DNA from: an uncultured Fimbriimonas sp. | GTDB taxonomy: Bacteria > Armatimonadota > Fimbriimonadia > Fimbriimonadales > Fimbriimonadaceae | Direction of reading: 5' to 3' | Assembly (NCBI GenBank): GCA_964566635.1 | Contig: CAZMJL010000003.1 | Span: 88,570-152,569, forward strand | Length of the DNA stretch: 64,000 bases | In this document: in pieces, positions 8,723 through 17,769 of the stretch | How the letters are laid out: every line of letters begins with the position of its first letter | Numbering within the stretch: the first letter of the stretch is position 1 | The notes under the pieces: model-generated | What the model saw: the letters and a program-made list of their open reading frames with translations, nothing else | Told to the model about the DNA's origin: nothing | Database searches by the model: none | Position numbers and translations under genes: made by a program

Positions 8723-9892
8723 ATGAGAAAAGTAACCCTTGGTGCGGCAATTATGCTTTCCGCCCTCGCCTCGCCGTGTTACAACGACAGCGATACCAAC
8801 CTCACCGAGCTTCGCGACAACCTCGATATCACTTACGCCATCGCCGGAAGATTTACTATTTATCCGCCCGAATACTACAAGCGGCGCATCGAAATCCAAA
8901 CCGCGAACCTCAAACGGAACCCCAACGACCTCACCGCCTACGACAACCTCGCCGTCGCCTATGACCGCCTGGGCAAACATGACGAAGCCATCGCCACCAT
9001 CCGCAAAGAGCGCGCCCTCATCGAATCGGGCAGGGTGAACCCCCTCACCGAAGTCAAGGACGAATTGGTCCCCAACGCGCCGCCCGTCAACCATCGCTAC
9101 ACCGTCGAGGCCAACGAGGGCACGTTCCTCATCCATCGCTGGATCACGAATGGCGGAAACCCGAAAAACCTCTCCGACGCCATCGAAGCCGAAAAACACA
9201 TCGCCAAAGCCATCGAGATCAACCCCAACGCCCACTTCGGCCGCGAGTTCGCCCAGCTCTACTGCATGCGCGCCATCCTAAAAGGAGCCAAAGAAGGCGA
9301 CTGGAAGCGCAACTTCACCGAAAACCTCATCGCCCTCGCTGACCGCGACAAAGTCGACCGCAAAGACCTCCGCAAAGGCATCGCCGGAATGATGGTCCTC
9401 GGCAACGCCTGGAACTCGACGATGATGTTGAGAGCGATTGAACGTCTTGTCCCGACGGATCAACAGGTCGTAATGTTTTGTCAACTACGGGTTTTGGAAC
9501 TAGAACGCATGTTTCCGATTTCGGGATACCGTAGTGCTCTTCTCGAGGTCAGCACTCCGGACAACAAGCGAATGGAGTACGAGCATGATATGGAATTGCT
9601 CATCGCGTTAAGGCAGAATGCCATCGATTACCAGGCAAACCAAAAGGAGTACATCCTCAATCAACTTGCCCTTGGTAGCCACCCGGACACCACCGATGGA
9701 TTCTGGTCCGCGCTCAAAGATGTGCCCGAAATCGACAACAGCCGTTACAAAGAAGGCGTTCCGCGTGCGTTTGCGATGCGCTCCAATCTAAACCAGCTCT
9801 ACCTATGGCTGGGCGGACTCACGGCCGCCGCTGTCGCGCTAATCCTCGGCCTGGTCATCTTCGTCAAGCGTCGCCGTGCCCGAAAAATCTAG
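8723..9892 (+). CDS. TPR-containing exported protein with C-terminal membrane anchor
   Basis: Signal peptide; YDNLAVAYDRLGKHDEAI TPR; KAIEINPNAHFGRE; terminal TM helix followed by KRRRARK. Confidence 0.75.
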   Translation: MRKVTLGAAIMLSALASPCYNDSDTNLTELRDNLDITYAIAGRFTIYPPEYYKRRIEIQTANLKRNPNDLTAYDNLAVAYDRLGKHDEAIATIRKERALIESGRVNPLTEVKDELVPNAPPVNHRYTVEANEGTFLIHRWITNGGNPKNLSDAIEAEKHIAKAIEINPNAHFGREFAQLYCMRAILKGAKEGDWKRNFTENLIALADRDKVDRKDLRKGIAGMMVLGNAWNSTMMLRAIERLVPTDQQVVMFCQLRVLELERMFPISGYRSALLEVSTPDNKRMEYEHDMELLIALRQNAIDYQANQKEYILNQLALGSHPDTTDGFWSALKDVPEIDNSRYKEGVPRAFAMRSNLNQLYLWLGGLTAAAVALILGLVIFVKRRRARKI

Positions 9893-10304
9893 CTCCCGCG
9901 ACCTAGCAACGAACTCCGGTTGCACCATCCTCCTCGCCGGAGGTTGCCTCGTCGCGGGGTTCATCATGATCGTCATGGGCGACTCCGGCCCGAGCAAGAC
10001 CTACCACGCCGGCGGAATGCTCTGGACAAGCTGCCTCTACCTCGTCCCGTACTTCTTCATCAGCCTCGCCTGTCCGCCAAAGGGCCGATGGGCTGGACAT
10101 AGGCAATCTATTGCCATCTTCGGCTGGCTCAGCCTCGGCGCGAGCCTTATGTGCCTTGTCGAGTACCTCTCCAACCACACCTGCTGTACGGGATCCATTT
10201 ACGGTGACATCCTTGACGTGATGTCCTTCACCTGGCTCCCCGCCTTCTGGCTCGTCAAAATCGCAATCAACTCGATCGATGCAAGAAAAAGTAGCAACGG
10301 CTAG
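9876..10304 (+). CDS. Hypothetical membrane protein
   Basis: Four hydrophobic segments; overlaps the TPR gene end; start uncertain. Confidence 0.5.
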   Translation: MPEKSSSRDLATNSGCTILLAGGCLVAGFIMIVMGDSGPSKTYHAGGMLWTSCLYLVPYFFISLACPPKGRWAGHRQSIAIFGWLSLGASLMCLVEYLSNHTCCTGSIYGDILDVMSFTWLPAFWLVKIAINSIDARKSSNG

Positions 10305-10311
10305 CCCCACC

Positions 10312-10337
10312 GGGATCGCAGGCGTTCCGCCTGCATC
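10312..10337 (+). repeat. REP-like hairpin element, copy 1
   Basis: GGGATCGCAGGCGTTCCGCCTGCATC; stem GCAGGCG/CGCCTGC; 22/26 identical to 33196-33221. Confidence 0.65.
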
Positions 10338-10529
10338 GCGAGATTGGTGAGGTTGACTGTGACTCGATAATTTCACTGAGACAAATAGCTCTCCAGTGAA
10401 AAGCGCAACCAAAGGTTGACTTTCGTCCCTCAACGTGCCCTATTAGTGAAGTGCGGTATTTGGGAGTGCGCGATGCCAGTCGCGCTTTCGCTTTCGGAGC
10501 CGAATCACCACAGAAACCTGCCGCCAAAC

Positions 10530-10592
10530 TTTGACCCAACGTGACCCAACTCGCGACCAAGAATCAACGCCCATCGAACCTAATGACCCAAC
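10530..10592 (+). repeat. Short direct repeats GACCCAAC
   Basis: tt-GACCCAAC-gt-GACCCAAC-tc-gcgACCAA ... taatGACCCAACttt in a gene-free interval. Confidence 0.55.
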
Positions 10593-10627
10593 TTTATGCG
10601 TCGCAGTTCTCGGGGCAACTCGAGTCC

Positions 10628-12172
10628 CTACAGCCCGAGCCGCGACCACATCGAATCCACCTTCGCCACCACGTCATCCGACATTGTAATCAGCTTCGGA
10701 TAGTGGCGCGAAAAGCCGTTCTCGCCTGGCCACTTATGCGTGCAGTCAAACCCGATCTTGCCGCCAAATCCTTCCGCAATCGAGGCATGGTCAAGCTGAT
10801 CTACCGGACCCTTGTTCATCAAAGTATCGCGCGAAGGATCACAATTCGCCCCGATCCGGAAAAGGCATTCACCGATGTCCTGCACATTACAATCCTCATC
10901 AAAAATGAACACGAACTTAGTGAACGACAGCCCACCCAGCCCCCAAACCGCGTTCATCACCTTATAGGCGTGACCCGGATACTTCTTCTTAATCGAAACA
11001 AACGCCATGTTGTGGAAAGTCGCCTCCACCGGAAGGTTCATGTCCACAATCTCGGGCACCGAGAGCTGGATCATCGGCATGAAAATCCGCTCCACCGCCT
11101 TACCCATCCAGCCGTCTTCCATCGGCGGCTGACCCACGATCGTCGCCGGATAAATCGCCTTCTCGCGCATCGTAATCGCCGTGACGTGAAGAACAGGGAA
11201 GTCCTCGGCGAGCGAATAATAGCCCGTATGGTCCCCAAAAGGACCCTCCAGCTTTCGCTCGGAGGGGTCGATGTAGCCCTCAATCACAATCTCCGCATCC
11301 GCCGGAACCATCACGTCCACCGTCTTGCACTTGACCGTCTCGACGCGCTGCTTCCGCAAGAATCCGGCGAAAAGCATCTCGTCAATCCCTGGCGGCAACG
11401 GCGAGATCGCCGAAAAGTTGTAAACCGGGTCTCCGCCCAGGACAACCGCAACCTCCAGGTTTTGCCGCTTTTCGGCAGCGTCTTCCATCTGCCGCGCGCC
11501 GGTCTTATGCATCTGCCAGTGCATCCCGCAAGTCTTCTCGTCGTGGATCTGCACCCGGTACATCCCCACGTTCCTCTTGCCCGTATTGGGGTCGTGCGTA
11601 AACACCAGCGGTAAGGTCACAAACGGGCCGCCGTCCTCTGGCCAGCACGTCAAAACCGGGAGCTTCCGTAGGTCAATCTCGTCGCCCTGCCAAACAATCT
11701 CCTGACACGCCGCCTTGGAGACTTCCTTGGGCGGAATGTTCTTCAACTCGCCCAGCAGCCACGGCAGCTTCTTCAACGCTTCGACCGGACCCTTCGGAAG
11801 CTCCGGCTTCAATAGCTCGGCAATCCGTCCCGCGTGCTCCTCGAAGTCATCGCACGAAAGCGCCCAACTCATTCGCTGGCGCGTTGCCATCGTGTTGATC
11901 GCGACCGGAAAATCATACTTCCGTCGATCCGTCGGGCGCTCGGCAGGGTGGATCGATGGGTTGCGCATCACCGCGCTCATCACGTTCGGCGACGATGTCC
12001 GATGAGTCGGCCCCACCACGTTCTCGAACAGCAACGCGGGCCCGCCCTTCTTCACTACGCGATCCGTAATCTCGGTGATTTCCAAGTACGGCGACACCTC
12101 CTCAGTGATCCTCTTTAGCTCCCCTTTCGATTCAAGGAACTCCAAAAAGTGTCGGTAGTCGCGGTACGCCAT
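10628..12172 (-). CDS. ubiD: UbiD family decarboxylase (menaquinone-biosynthesis type)
   Basis: GPALLFENV, RNVGMYRVQ, EIVIEG, EGPFGDHTGYY, prFMN-dependent decarboxylase signature. Confidence 0.9.
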   Translation of the reverse strand: MAYRDYRHFLEFLESKGELKRITEEVSPYLEITEITDRVVKKGGPALLFENVVGPTHRTSSPNVMSAVMRNPSIHPAERPTDRRKYDFPVAINTMATRQRMSWALSCDDFEEHAGRIAELLKPELPKGPVEALKKLPWLLGELKNIPPKEVSKAACQEIVWQGDEIDLRKLPVLTCWPEDGGPFVTLPLVFTHDPNTGKRNVGMYRVQIHDEKTCGMHWQMHKTGARQMEDAAEKRQNLEVAVVLGGDPVYNFSAISPLPPGIDEMLFAGFLRKQRVETVKCKTVDVMVPADAEIVIEGYIDPSERKLEGPFGDHTGYYSLAEDFPVLHVTAITMREKAIYPATIVGQPPMEDGWMGKAVERIFMPMIQLSVPEIVDMNLPVEATFHNMAFVSIKKKYPGHAYKVMNAVWGLGGLSFTKFVFIFDEDCNVQDIGECLFRIGANCDPSRDTLMNKGPVDQLDHASIAEGFGGKIGFDCTHKWPGENGFSRHYPKLITMSDDVVAKVDSMWSRLGL

Positions 12173-12240
12173 GCTCGCCTAGAGTCTACGCTAAGCGAAC
12201 TTTCAAAGTTTTGTGAAATTCCGCGTCGGAGCAGGATTTA

Positions 12241-12999
12241 TTAAAGCGGCTTCGCCGATTTGAGCACGCTCTTCATCGCTGACTGGAGCAACTTCTCATC
12301 CACGGGACGGTTGCCGTCCCGGTCCAAAATCCGCACCACTGGCTCGATCCGCTGGAATCCGCCCGTCGCCGAATCAAGGGTCGCCGCAAGGTCGAGCATT
12401 TCGAGGCCATTGACCAAAACGTCCTCCAGAGATCGCTTTGTGAACGTACCCTCCTTCCGGCGCAGATACTCAAAAACTCCTCGGATCGGACCAGAACCTG
12501 AGCCTGCGCAAGCATATTCGTCGTTCAAAAACCTCGCGCCGGCGCCGTCAAAGAAGTACAGCACGAACTTATCCGCCGCCTTATCGTAGGCAGCCAAGAT
12601 TGGAAGAAACACTCCGATCCCCTCCATCGCCGAGGCCGCATTGCCCGCCAACGAGCGGCTCACTTCGGCCAGCTTGCCCTCCAAAGAAAGCTCCTGCATA
12701 ACCGAGCGGCGGTAGTACTTGAACGAGTGCTTCAGATACCGGCAAATCTCGACCGAGCGGGCAAATGAGCCGCTAATCGCGACGACCGTCGAGTCATCAA
12801 GCGGCATCACCTTCTCGGCCTGCTCAAACATGATCATGTTGCCCATCGTGGCTCGGCGATCGGCAAAAATCAGAACTCCATCATTAAATCGCAATGCGAG
12901 AACGGTCGTTCCGTGCGCCTCGTCAGGATGCGCACCCGCCTTGATAAACGGCTCGGGCACGAGCTCATGAAACGGCTTTGCAAGTGCAGAAAGGCTCAT
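12241..12999 (-). CDS. prcB: 20S proteasome beta subunit (actinobacterial type)
   Basis: Propeptide ending AHG|TT (catalytic Thr1), ADRRATMG (Asp17), EKV (Lys33), GSG and DSATGG motifs. Confidence 0.9.
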   Translation of the reverse strand: MSLSALAKPFHELVPEPFIKAGAHPDEAHGTTVLALRFNDGVLIFADRRATMGNMIMFEQAEKVMPLDDSTVVAISGSFARSVEICRYLKHSFKYYRRSVMQELSLEGKLAEVSRSLAGNAASAMEGIGVFLPILAAYDKAADKFVLYFFDGAGARFLNDEYACAGSGSGPIRGVFEYLRRKEGTFTKRSLEDVLVNGLEMLDLAATLDSATGGFQRIEPVVRILDRDGNRPVDEKLLQSAMKSVLKSAKPL

Positions 13000-13178
13000 T
13001 GGCCCGACCTCTGGCGATACTTCTTCGCCTGATCCGGATCGACGCGCTTGAGGCGGCGCAGAAGCTCGTCGCCGCCATCGGGCTTTTGCACATCCGGCGC
13101 CTTGGGGCCGCTGTCATCGCCCAGCTTTCGCTCGGGCGAAGTCGGAATCTGGCGTTGAGGTTGCTCGGCGTTGATCAT
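12996..13178 (-). CDS. ubact: Ubiquitin-like protein UBact (Pup analogue)
   Basis: 60 aa, disordered N-terminus, C-terminal ELLRRLKRVDPDQAKKYRQRSGQ matching the UBact R[ST]G[EQ] terminus; located between dop and prcB. Confidence 0.9.
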   Translation of the reverse strand: MINAEQPQRQIPTSPERKLGDDSGPKAPDVQKPDGGDELLRRLKRVDPDQAKKYRQRSGQ

Positions 13179-14599
13179 TGCATCTCCTTGAGGGCGGTCA
13201 CAAACGATTCTACGTCAGCGCACTCCGCCAGCGTCGCGGGATATTCCTTTTCCGGCGGCAGATCGATGAATTCGTTGTTGATTGTAATTCCGCGCCACCC
13301 GATAGTTTGCAGCTGGTCGCGGAACTTGGTGACCGCCACCGATCTCGCCAGTGCCCTAGAGTGCGGAACACCTTTTAGCCGCGCATCGGTAATCGGCGGG
13401 TGTACTTCGGCGGCTTGCTCAAGCGCGTAGTACAGCCCTTCATATGGGTCGATATTGTGAAACTCCAAGTCGTAGGAGCGCATGTCGCCGTCCTCGCCAA
13501 ACTCCGCCTTCACTTGGTCAAGGAGCTGACTCTTTGAAAGCCACTCAATGCGCTTAACTACCGCAGGTAGAGGCGATGAAATACCTTGAATCAACTCCAT
13601 CGAGCTCTTGGCCACCCATTCCATCTCTGGATCGACCTGACCGAGCAGAGCAGTTTCGGCCGCCCGAGCATAGCTACCAAGGATCTCCTCTGCTCTGTTG
13701 ATGACCTCCTTGTCATTCGGAGAGCGGCTAAAGTGCTTGAACTGATCCACCGGATCGTCAATTTTCCACTGGGGTACTTTTCCGGCTTCGAGCAAGTACA
13801 AGGCGAGCTTGACAAGTCCTACTTTCAGGGCGCAAGACACCTCCATCATGTTCGAGTCGCCCGTAATCACGTGCAACCGAATCCACTTCTCTGGGTCGGC
13901 ATGCGGCTCATCGCGGGTGTTGAAGATTGGGCGGCGCCACAAGGTCTCCAAGTTCATCAGCTCACTCAGGTGGTCGGCGCGTTGGCTGACTTGAAAATCA
14001 CACGGCTCGCCACTTTCAGAGCCGACTTTACCGGCTCCAGTCAGGAGTTGGCGAGCGATTAGTATGGGAACGATTGCGTCCCGAATCGCTTCTGGCGAGT
14101 GCCGCCGCGAGACCAGATAGCTCTCATGCGTGCCGAAAGACGCCCCATGGAAATCAGTGTTATTCCGGTACAGACCGACCCTGCGACCGGTCTTAGCCGC
14201 GTAAGCCGCCGCCGTGGCCAGTAGGTAGCCATCGCCCAGCGACACTTCCCGAGCGAGCTGAAAAATCGAAAAACACTCCGGAGTGGCGTACTCCGGATGC
14301 CCGTGGTCGTTATAGAACCGGGCTCCATTCGGCAAGACTCGATCCGCCCGGATATCCCGAGCGTCGCCATAAGTCTTTCCTTTGTCGAACCGAGCATCGT
14401 TCGGATCAAACTGAAGGCGGTCTACCGAGAACCCGCGTAAGTCGTTTCGGGGATTTTCAAAGCGATAATCCCAACCTTCAAAACAAAGACTCGGAAAACC
14501 TCTCACGAAGTCTTCCGAGTCTTCTACTTGGGTTTCGGGTCCTCGCCCTTCAATTCTGAGTCCGTACTCAGTATCGATTCCGGCGAGGATCCGATGCAT
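13175..14599 (-). CDS. dop: Dop-type deamidase/depupylase (PafA/Dop family)
   Basis: GIDTEYG, Dop-loop WDY..ENP..DLRGF, NGARFYNDHGHPEY (D-H-x-H is Dop-like, not PafA-like DVGSH), GTHESY, IFNTRDEPHAD, RLHVITGDSN. Confidence 0.85.
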   Translation of the reverse strand: MHRILAGIDTEYGLRIEGRGPETQVEDSEDFVRGFPSLCFEGWDYRFENPRNDLRGFSVDRLQFDPNDARFDKGKTYGDARDIRADRVLPNGARFYNDHGHPEYATPECFSIFQLAREVSLGDGYLLATAAAYAAKTGRRVGLYRNNTDFHGASFGTHESYLVSRRHSPEAIRDAIVPILIARQLLTGAGKVGSESGEPCDFQVSQRADHLSELMNLETLWRRPIFNTRDEPHADPEKWIRLHVITGDSNMMEVSCALKVGLVKLALYLLEAGKVPQWKIDDPVDQFKHFSRSPNDKEVINRAEEILGSYARAAETALLGQVDPEMEWVAKSSMELIQGISSPLPAVVKRIEWLSKSQLLDQVKAEFGEDGDMRSYDLEFHNIDPYEGLYYALEQAAEVHPPITDARLKGVPHSRALARSVAVTKFRDQLQTIGWRGITINNEFIDLPPEKEYPATLAECADVESFVTALKEMQ

Positions 14600-16060
14600 T
14601 TATCGTCGAATGACGACGATCTTTCCGGTAGCTGGGAAGCCAGCCGGGGCAGTCGGGAAGTTGAAGTCGATGAACTGGGTTCGTTGAACAGAGACCGTCG
14701 TTCCGCCCGATGCGTTGTAGCGAGTCGAGATCGTTCCTGCGACCTCACCAACTCGGTTGGTGGTTGCGTTCACATCACCGATGTTCTTGATCGGATAGAG
14801 GAAGATCTGGTTGGTGCTCATGTCGAGGTAACCCCACATCATCGAAGTGATGGACGCCGACTTGGTGCCGTTTGCGTTTGTAGTGATCGTCTGATTGATG
14901 AAAACCACATCTTGTCGCTCATCGTCGTCGCTGCTTGGGATCGAAACTGCCTCGAAGCTGTGAACATCGCGGAGGTAACCGAGGTCTTGGATCACACCTG
15001 TGACTGGGTCTTGTCGCTGAATGAAGTGGTTCTTCCAGATTCCTTGGAACGAAGTGATCTTTCGAGCAAGGATCGGATCAGGAGCCGTCACATCGGTCGG
15101 GTCAACACCAAGAGTGGTGTAGCTTCCAGGAGTAAGCGAGGTTGCGATTCCTCCGGGCAGAACTGCCGGTGAAGAGTATCGTCCTATAACAGAAGCGTCT
15201 TGTCCAGCCGGGAAGATCGTCTCGAACGGAGCACCGCCCACGGTTGGGTCGCCCGAACCAAGTGCGTATTGGTCACCGCTGAAGAAGATTCGGTTTGCGG
15301 AGCCGCGACCTTGGCTCAGGTCAGGTCGATTCGCTGCCGGAATCGAAGAAACATCGAAGCAAACATAGTCGCTCATCATCGACCGAACGGTGGTCGTGTC
15401 GCCGTCAAGCTTGTTGATTGCCGTAAACCAGGTGCTATCCCAGGTAGGAACGTCGCCCGATCCCGAGTTCACGAGCTCGATGGTTGCGCCATCGAGGAAG
15501 ATCGGAACGTGAGTTAGGCGGCCGTTGAAGATACGAACCTGAGCAGGAACTGCCGCAGGAATTCCTGAGATTGACGAGAAGCTTTGAACCCCAGTTGCGG
15601 TCTCAATGGAGTACCGAACGAAGTTAAGGTTGAGCGTATCGAAAATTCGCGAAGGCGAGCTACCAAGAGCAACGTTCCACGAAATCATCTGCGACTGGTT
15701 CGAAGTCAAGGTCAGGTTTCGCTCGGTAAGGTCGGTCATCTCGAGGCCGATGTTGTCCGAGACCGAAAGGTTTCGAGCAACTGCGATTTCGTCTCCCTCA
15801 GCGCGGCCTGCACCCGTCAGAAACACGTACTGAACGAGGGCTGGCGAAGTGCCAAGGTTCACCGCCGCAACTTCAGGGAATACTCGCGACCCCGAAGTCG
15901 TTGCTGTGGTCGCTGTCGTTGCAGTCGTCGACGTTGTAGATGTCGTTGAAGTCGAGGTCGTCCCCGATCCCGTGTTGCCTGCACAACCAAAAACAATTGC
16001 AGCGAGCACGCCTACGCCCGATACCTGCTTCATTACGTTCCAATCAATTCGACGATGCAT
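14600..16060 (-). CDS. Lipoprotein with Thr/Ser-rich linker, unknown function
   Basis: Lipobox VFG-C followed by GTTSTSTTSTTSTTATTATTATTS; beta-rich body; TAA directly abuts the dop ATG. Confidence 0.75.
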   Translation of the reverse strand: MHRRIDWNVMKQVSGVGVLAAIVFGCAGNTGSGTTSTSTTSTTSTTATTATTATTSGSRVFPEVAAVNLGTSPALVQYVFLTGAGRAEGDEIAVARNLSVSDNIGLEMTDLTERNLTLTSNQSQMISWNVALGSSPSRIFDTLNLNFVRYSIETATGVQSFSSISGIPAAVPAQVRIFNGRLTHVPIFLDGATIELVNSGSGDVPTWDSTWFTAINKLDGDTTTVRSMMSDYVCFDVSSIPAANRPDLSQGRGSANRIFFSGDQYALGSGDPTVGGAPFETIFPAGQDASVIGRYSSPAVLPGGIATSLTPGSYTTLGVDPTDVTAPDPILARKITSFQGIWKNHFIQRQDPVTGVIQDLGYLRDVHSFEAVSIPSSDDDERQDVVFINQTITTNANGTKSASITSMMWGYLDMSTNQIFLYPIKNIGDVNATTNRVGEVAGTISTRYNASGGTTVSVQRTQFIDFNFPTAPAGFPATGKIVVIRR

Positions 16061-16159
16061 AGTTTGCCCTAGCGAGAAGAGTGATCGGAGTATAGCAAGT
16101 TATGTTCCCTCTTGTGTAGTTTTTTTCATGAATTCACCCCGTAGGTACACTGATACGCT

Positions 16160-16693
16160 GTGCGAAGGGACGACCTGCTTGACCTAAATGATGTCCTTCA
16201 ACACCCAGGGCGAGAGCTTGCGGTCGACATCTCTACCGAACTGCCCGAAATCGAAGATGTCGATCTTCTCAGACCATTAGAAGGTTATCTCGAAGCGGTC
16301 TCCACCGGAAACGCATTACTTCTCACGGGAGAATTCAACACTCGGGTCGTGCTGGAGTGTAGCCGGTGTAGCCGGCCGGTCGAAGTCGAAATCGCGTTTC
16401 CCCTTGACGAGCAGTTCGGGGTCGTAGGAATCCCCAGCTCGCTGAGCCATCAGGATTTTGCCAAGATCGAACCTAACCTGGATGAGCCGGTCAAGTTCTT
16501 TGAAGAGAACAACCTTATGGTCGAAGTTCTCCTTCAACAAACGCTTTTGCTCAACATTCCCTTCAACCCCGAGTGCGAGGGCGACGAAGCCATCGAGTGC
16601 GCCAGGCTTCTCGAAGCGAACGCCCAACGTGAGATTGAGTCCGATAAATCCGAGCTTGGCAAGCTGAAAGCCCTTCTTCAGGAGGAAGAGTGA
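16160..16693 (+). CDS. yceD: YceD/DUF177 family protein
   Basis: LECSRCSRPV Cys motif, LLLNIPFNPEC; upstream of plsX-fabH. Confidence 0.85.
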   Translation: MRRDDLLDLNDVLQHPGRELAVDISTELPEIEDVDLLRPLEGYLEAVSTGNALLLTGEFNTRVVLECSRCSRPVEVEIAFPLDEQFGVVGIPSSLSHQDFAKIEPNLDEPVKFFEENNLMVEVLLQQTLLLNIPFNPECEGDEAIECARLLEANAQREIESDKSELGKLKALLQEEE

Positions 16694-17769
16694 TGTCGGC
16701 GGCAAACCAAGGCGTTCTCGACGGACTCAAAACCGATCATAACATCGTTGTGGACGCCATGGGCGGCGACAATGCCCCCGATGAAATCGTGCTCGGGGCG
16801 ATTCAAGCCGCTCCGCTCGTGCAAGGCAACATCATTCTCGTTGGGCAAAGAGACGTCGTCCAAAAGTCGCTGTCCAAGCAAATCAGCGGCTCAATCCCGA
16901 CCAACATCCTGGTCTACCACGCCTCCCAAGTCATCGAAATGGGCGAAAAGCCACTCGATGCCTACCGTAAGAAGAAGGATTCCTCGATGCTCGTTGGGTG
17001 CCGATTGGTGAAAGAAGGGAAGGCCAAGGCGTTCGTCTCTGCAGGATCAACCGGAGCTGCATCCGCAACTTCACTCCTCACCTGGCGGCAAGTCCACGGC
17101 ATCCACCGACCCGCAATCGGCTCGCAACTCCCCAATATGCATGGGGGCTTTCTGATGCTCGATTCCGGAGCGTCACCAGATGTCGATCCGGAGCACCTTG
17201 TGGAATTCGCAATCATTGGCCGCGCCTACGCGGAGCGAGTGATGGGACGCAAGAATCCCAAAGTCCACCTCATCAACATAGGAGAAGAGGAAGGGAAAGG
17301 TAACGCCTTCGCCAAGCAAGCGCATAAGCTCCTCGCCCAGCACGAATGGTTTGCCGGGAACATCGAGGGTAAAGACATGTTCAATTCGCCTTGCGACGTG
17401 GTGGTTTGCGAGGCCTTTGTCGGCAATACCGTCCTCAAAACCGCCGAGGGCGTCGCCGAGATGTTCGCGAAAATGATCAAAGCCGGAGTGCCCACCAACA
17501 AGCTCATGCAAACCATGTATTGGCCCCTGAAGAAGGTTATGAAGCCCATCCGCAAGCACATGGATTACGCAGAAGTTGGCGGATCACCGCTCCTTGGACT
17601 TAATGGAACCTGCATTATCGCCCACGGACGAAGCAACGCAAAGGCGATGAAAAACGCGATCCTGATGGCCGATAAAGCCGTCCGAACCGAGCTTGTCGAG
17701 CACATCCGCGAGGCTGTCGACCGAGAGCTACCCTCGGCAAAACAGGTAGATTCACAACCAGCCGAATGA
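16690..17769 (+). CDS. plsX: Phosphate acyltransferase PlsX
   Basis: VDAMGGDNAP, SAGSTGA, LDSGA, NIGEEEGKG, GGSPLLGLNG, HGRS. Confidence 0.96.
   Translation: MMSAANQGVLDGLKTDHNIVVDAMGGDNAPDEIVLGAIQAAPLVQGNIILVGQRDVVQKSLSKQISGSIPTNILVYHASQVIEMGEKPLDAYRKKKDSSMLVGCRLVKEGKAKAFVSAGSTGAASATSLLTWRQVHGIHRPAIGSQLPNMHGGFLMLDSGASPDVDPEHLVEFAIIGRAYAERVMGRKNPKVHLINIGEEEGKGNAFAKQAHKLLAQHEWFAGNIEGKDMFNSPCDVVVCEAFVGNTVLKTAEGVAEMFAKMIKAGVPTNKLMQTMYWPLKKVMKPIRKHMDYAEVGGSPLLGLNGTCIIAHGRSNAKAMKNAILMADKAVRTELVEHIREAVDRELPSAKQVDSQPAE

Noticed and set aside
6243-10304. Integron cassette array
   Set aside because: Genes alternate in orientation and no attC (RYYYAAC..GTTRRRY) sites or intI were recognised.
10541-11614. 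357-aa plus-strand ORF
   Set aside because: His/Arg-rich shadow of ubiD.
13400-13800. AT-ending codon patch in the dop 3' third
   Set aside because: Falls in the naturally variable C-terminal part of Dop; cannot distinguish recombination from drift by eye.
15890-15970. GTC/GTT trinucleotide-like repeat
   Set aside because: Explained by the Thr/Ser-rich linker of the lipoprotein.
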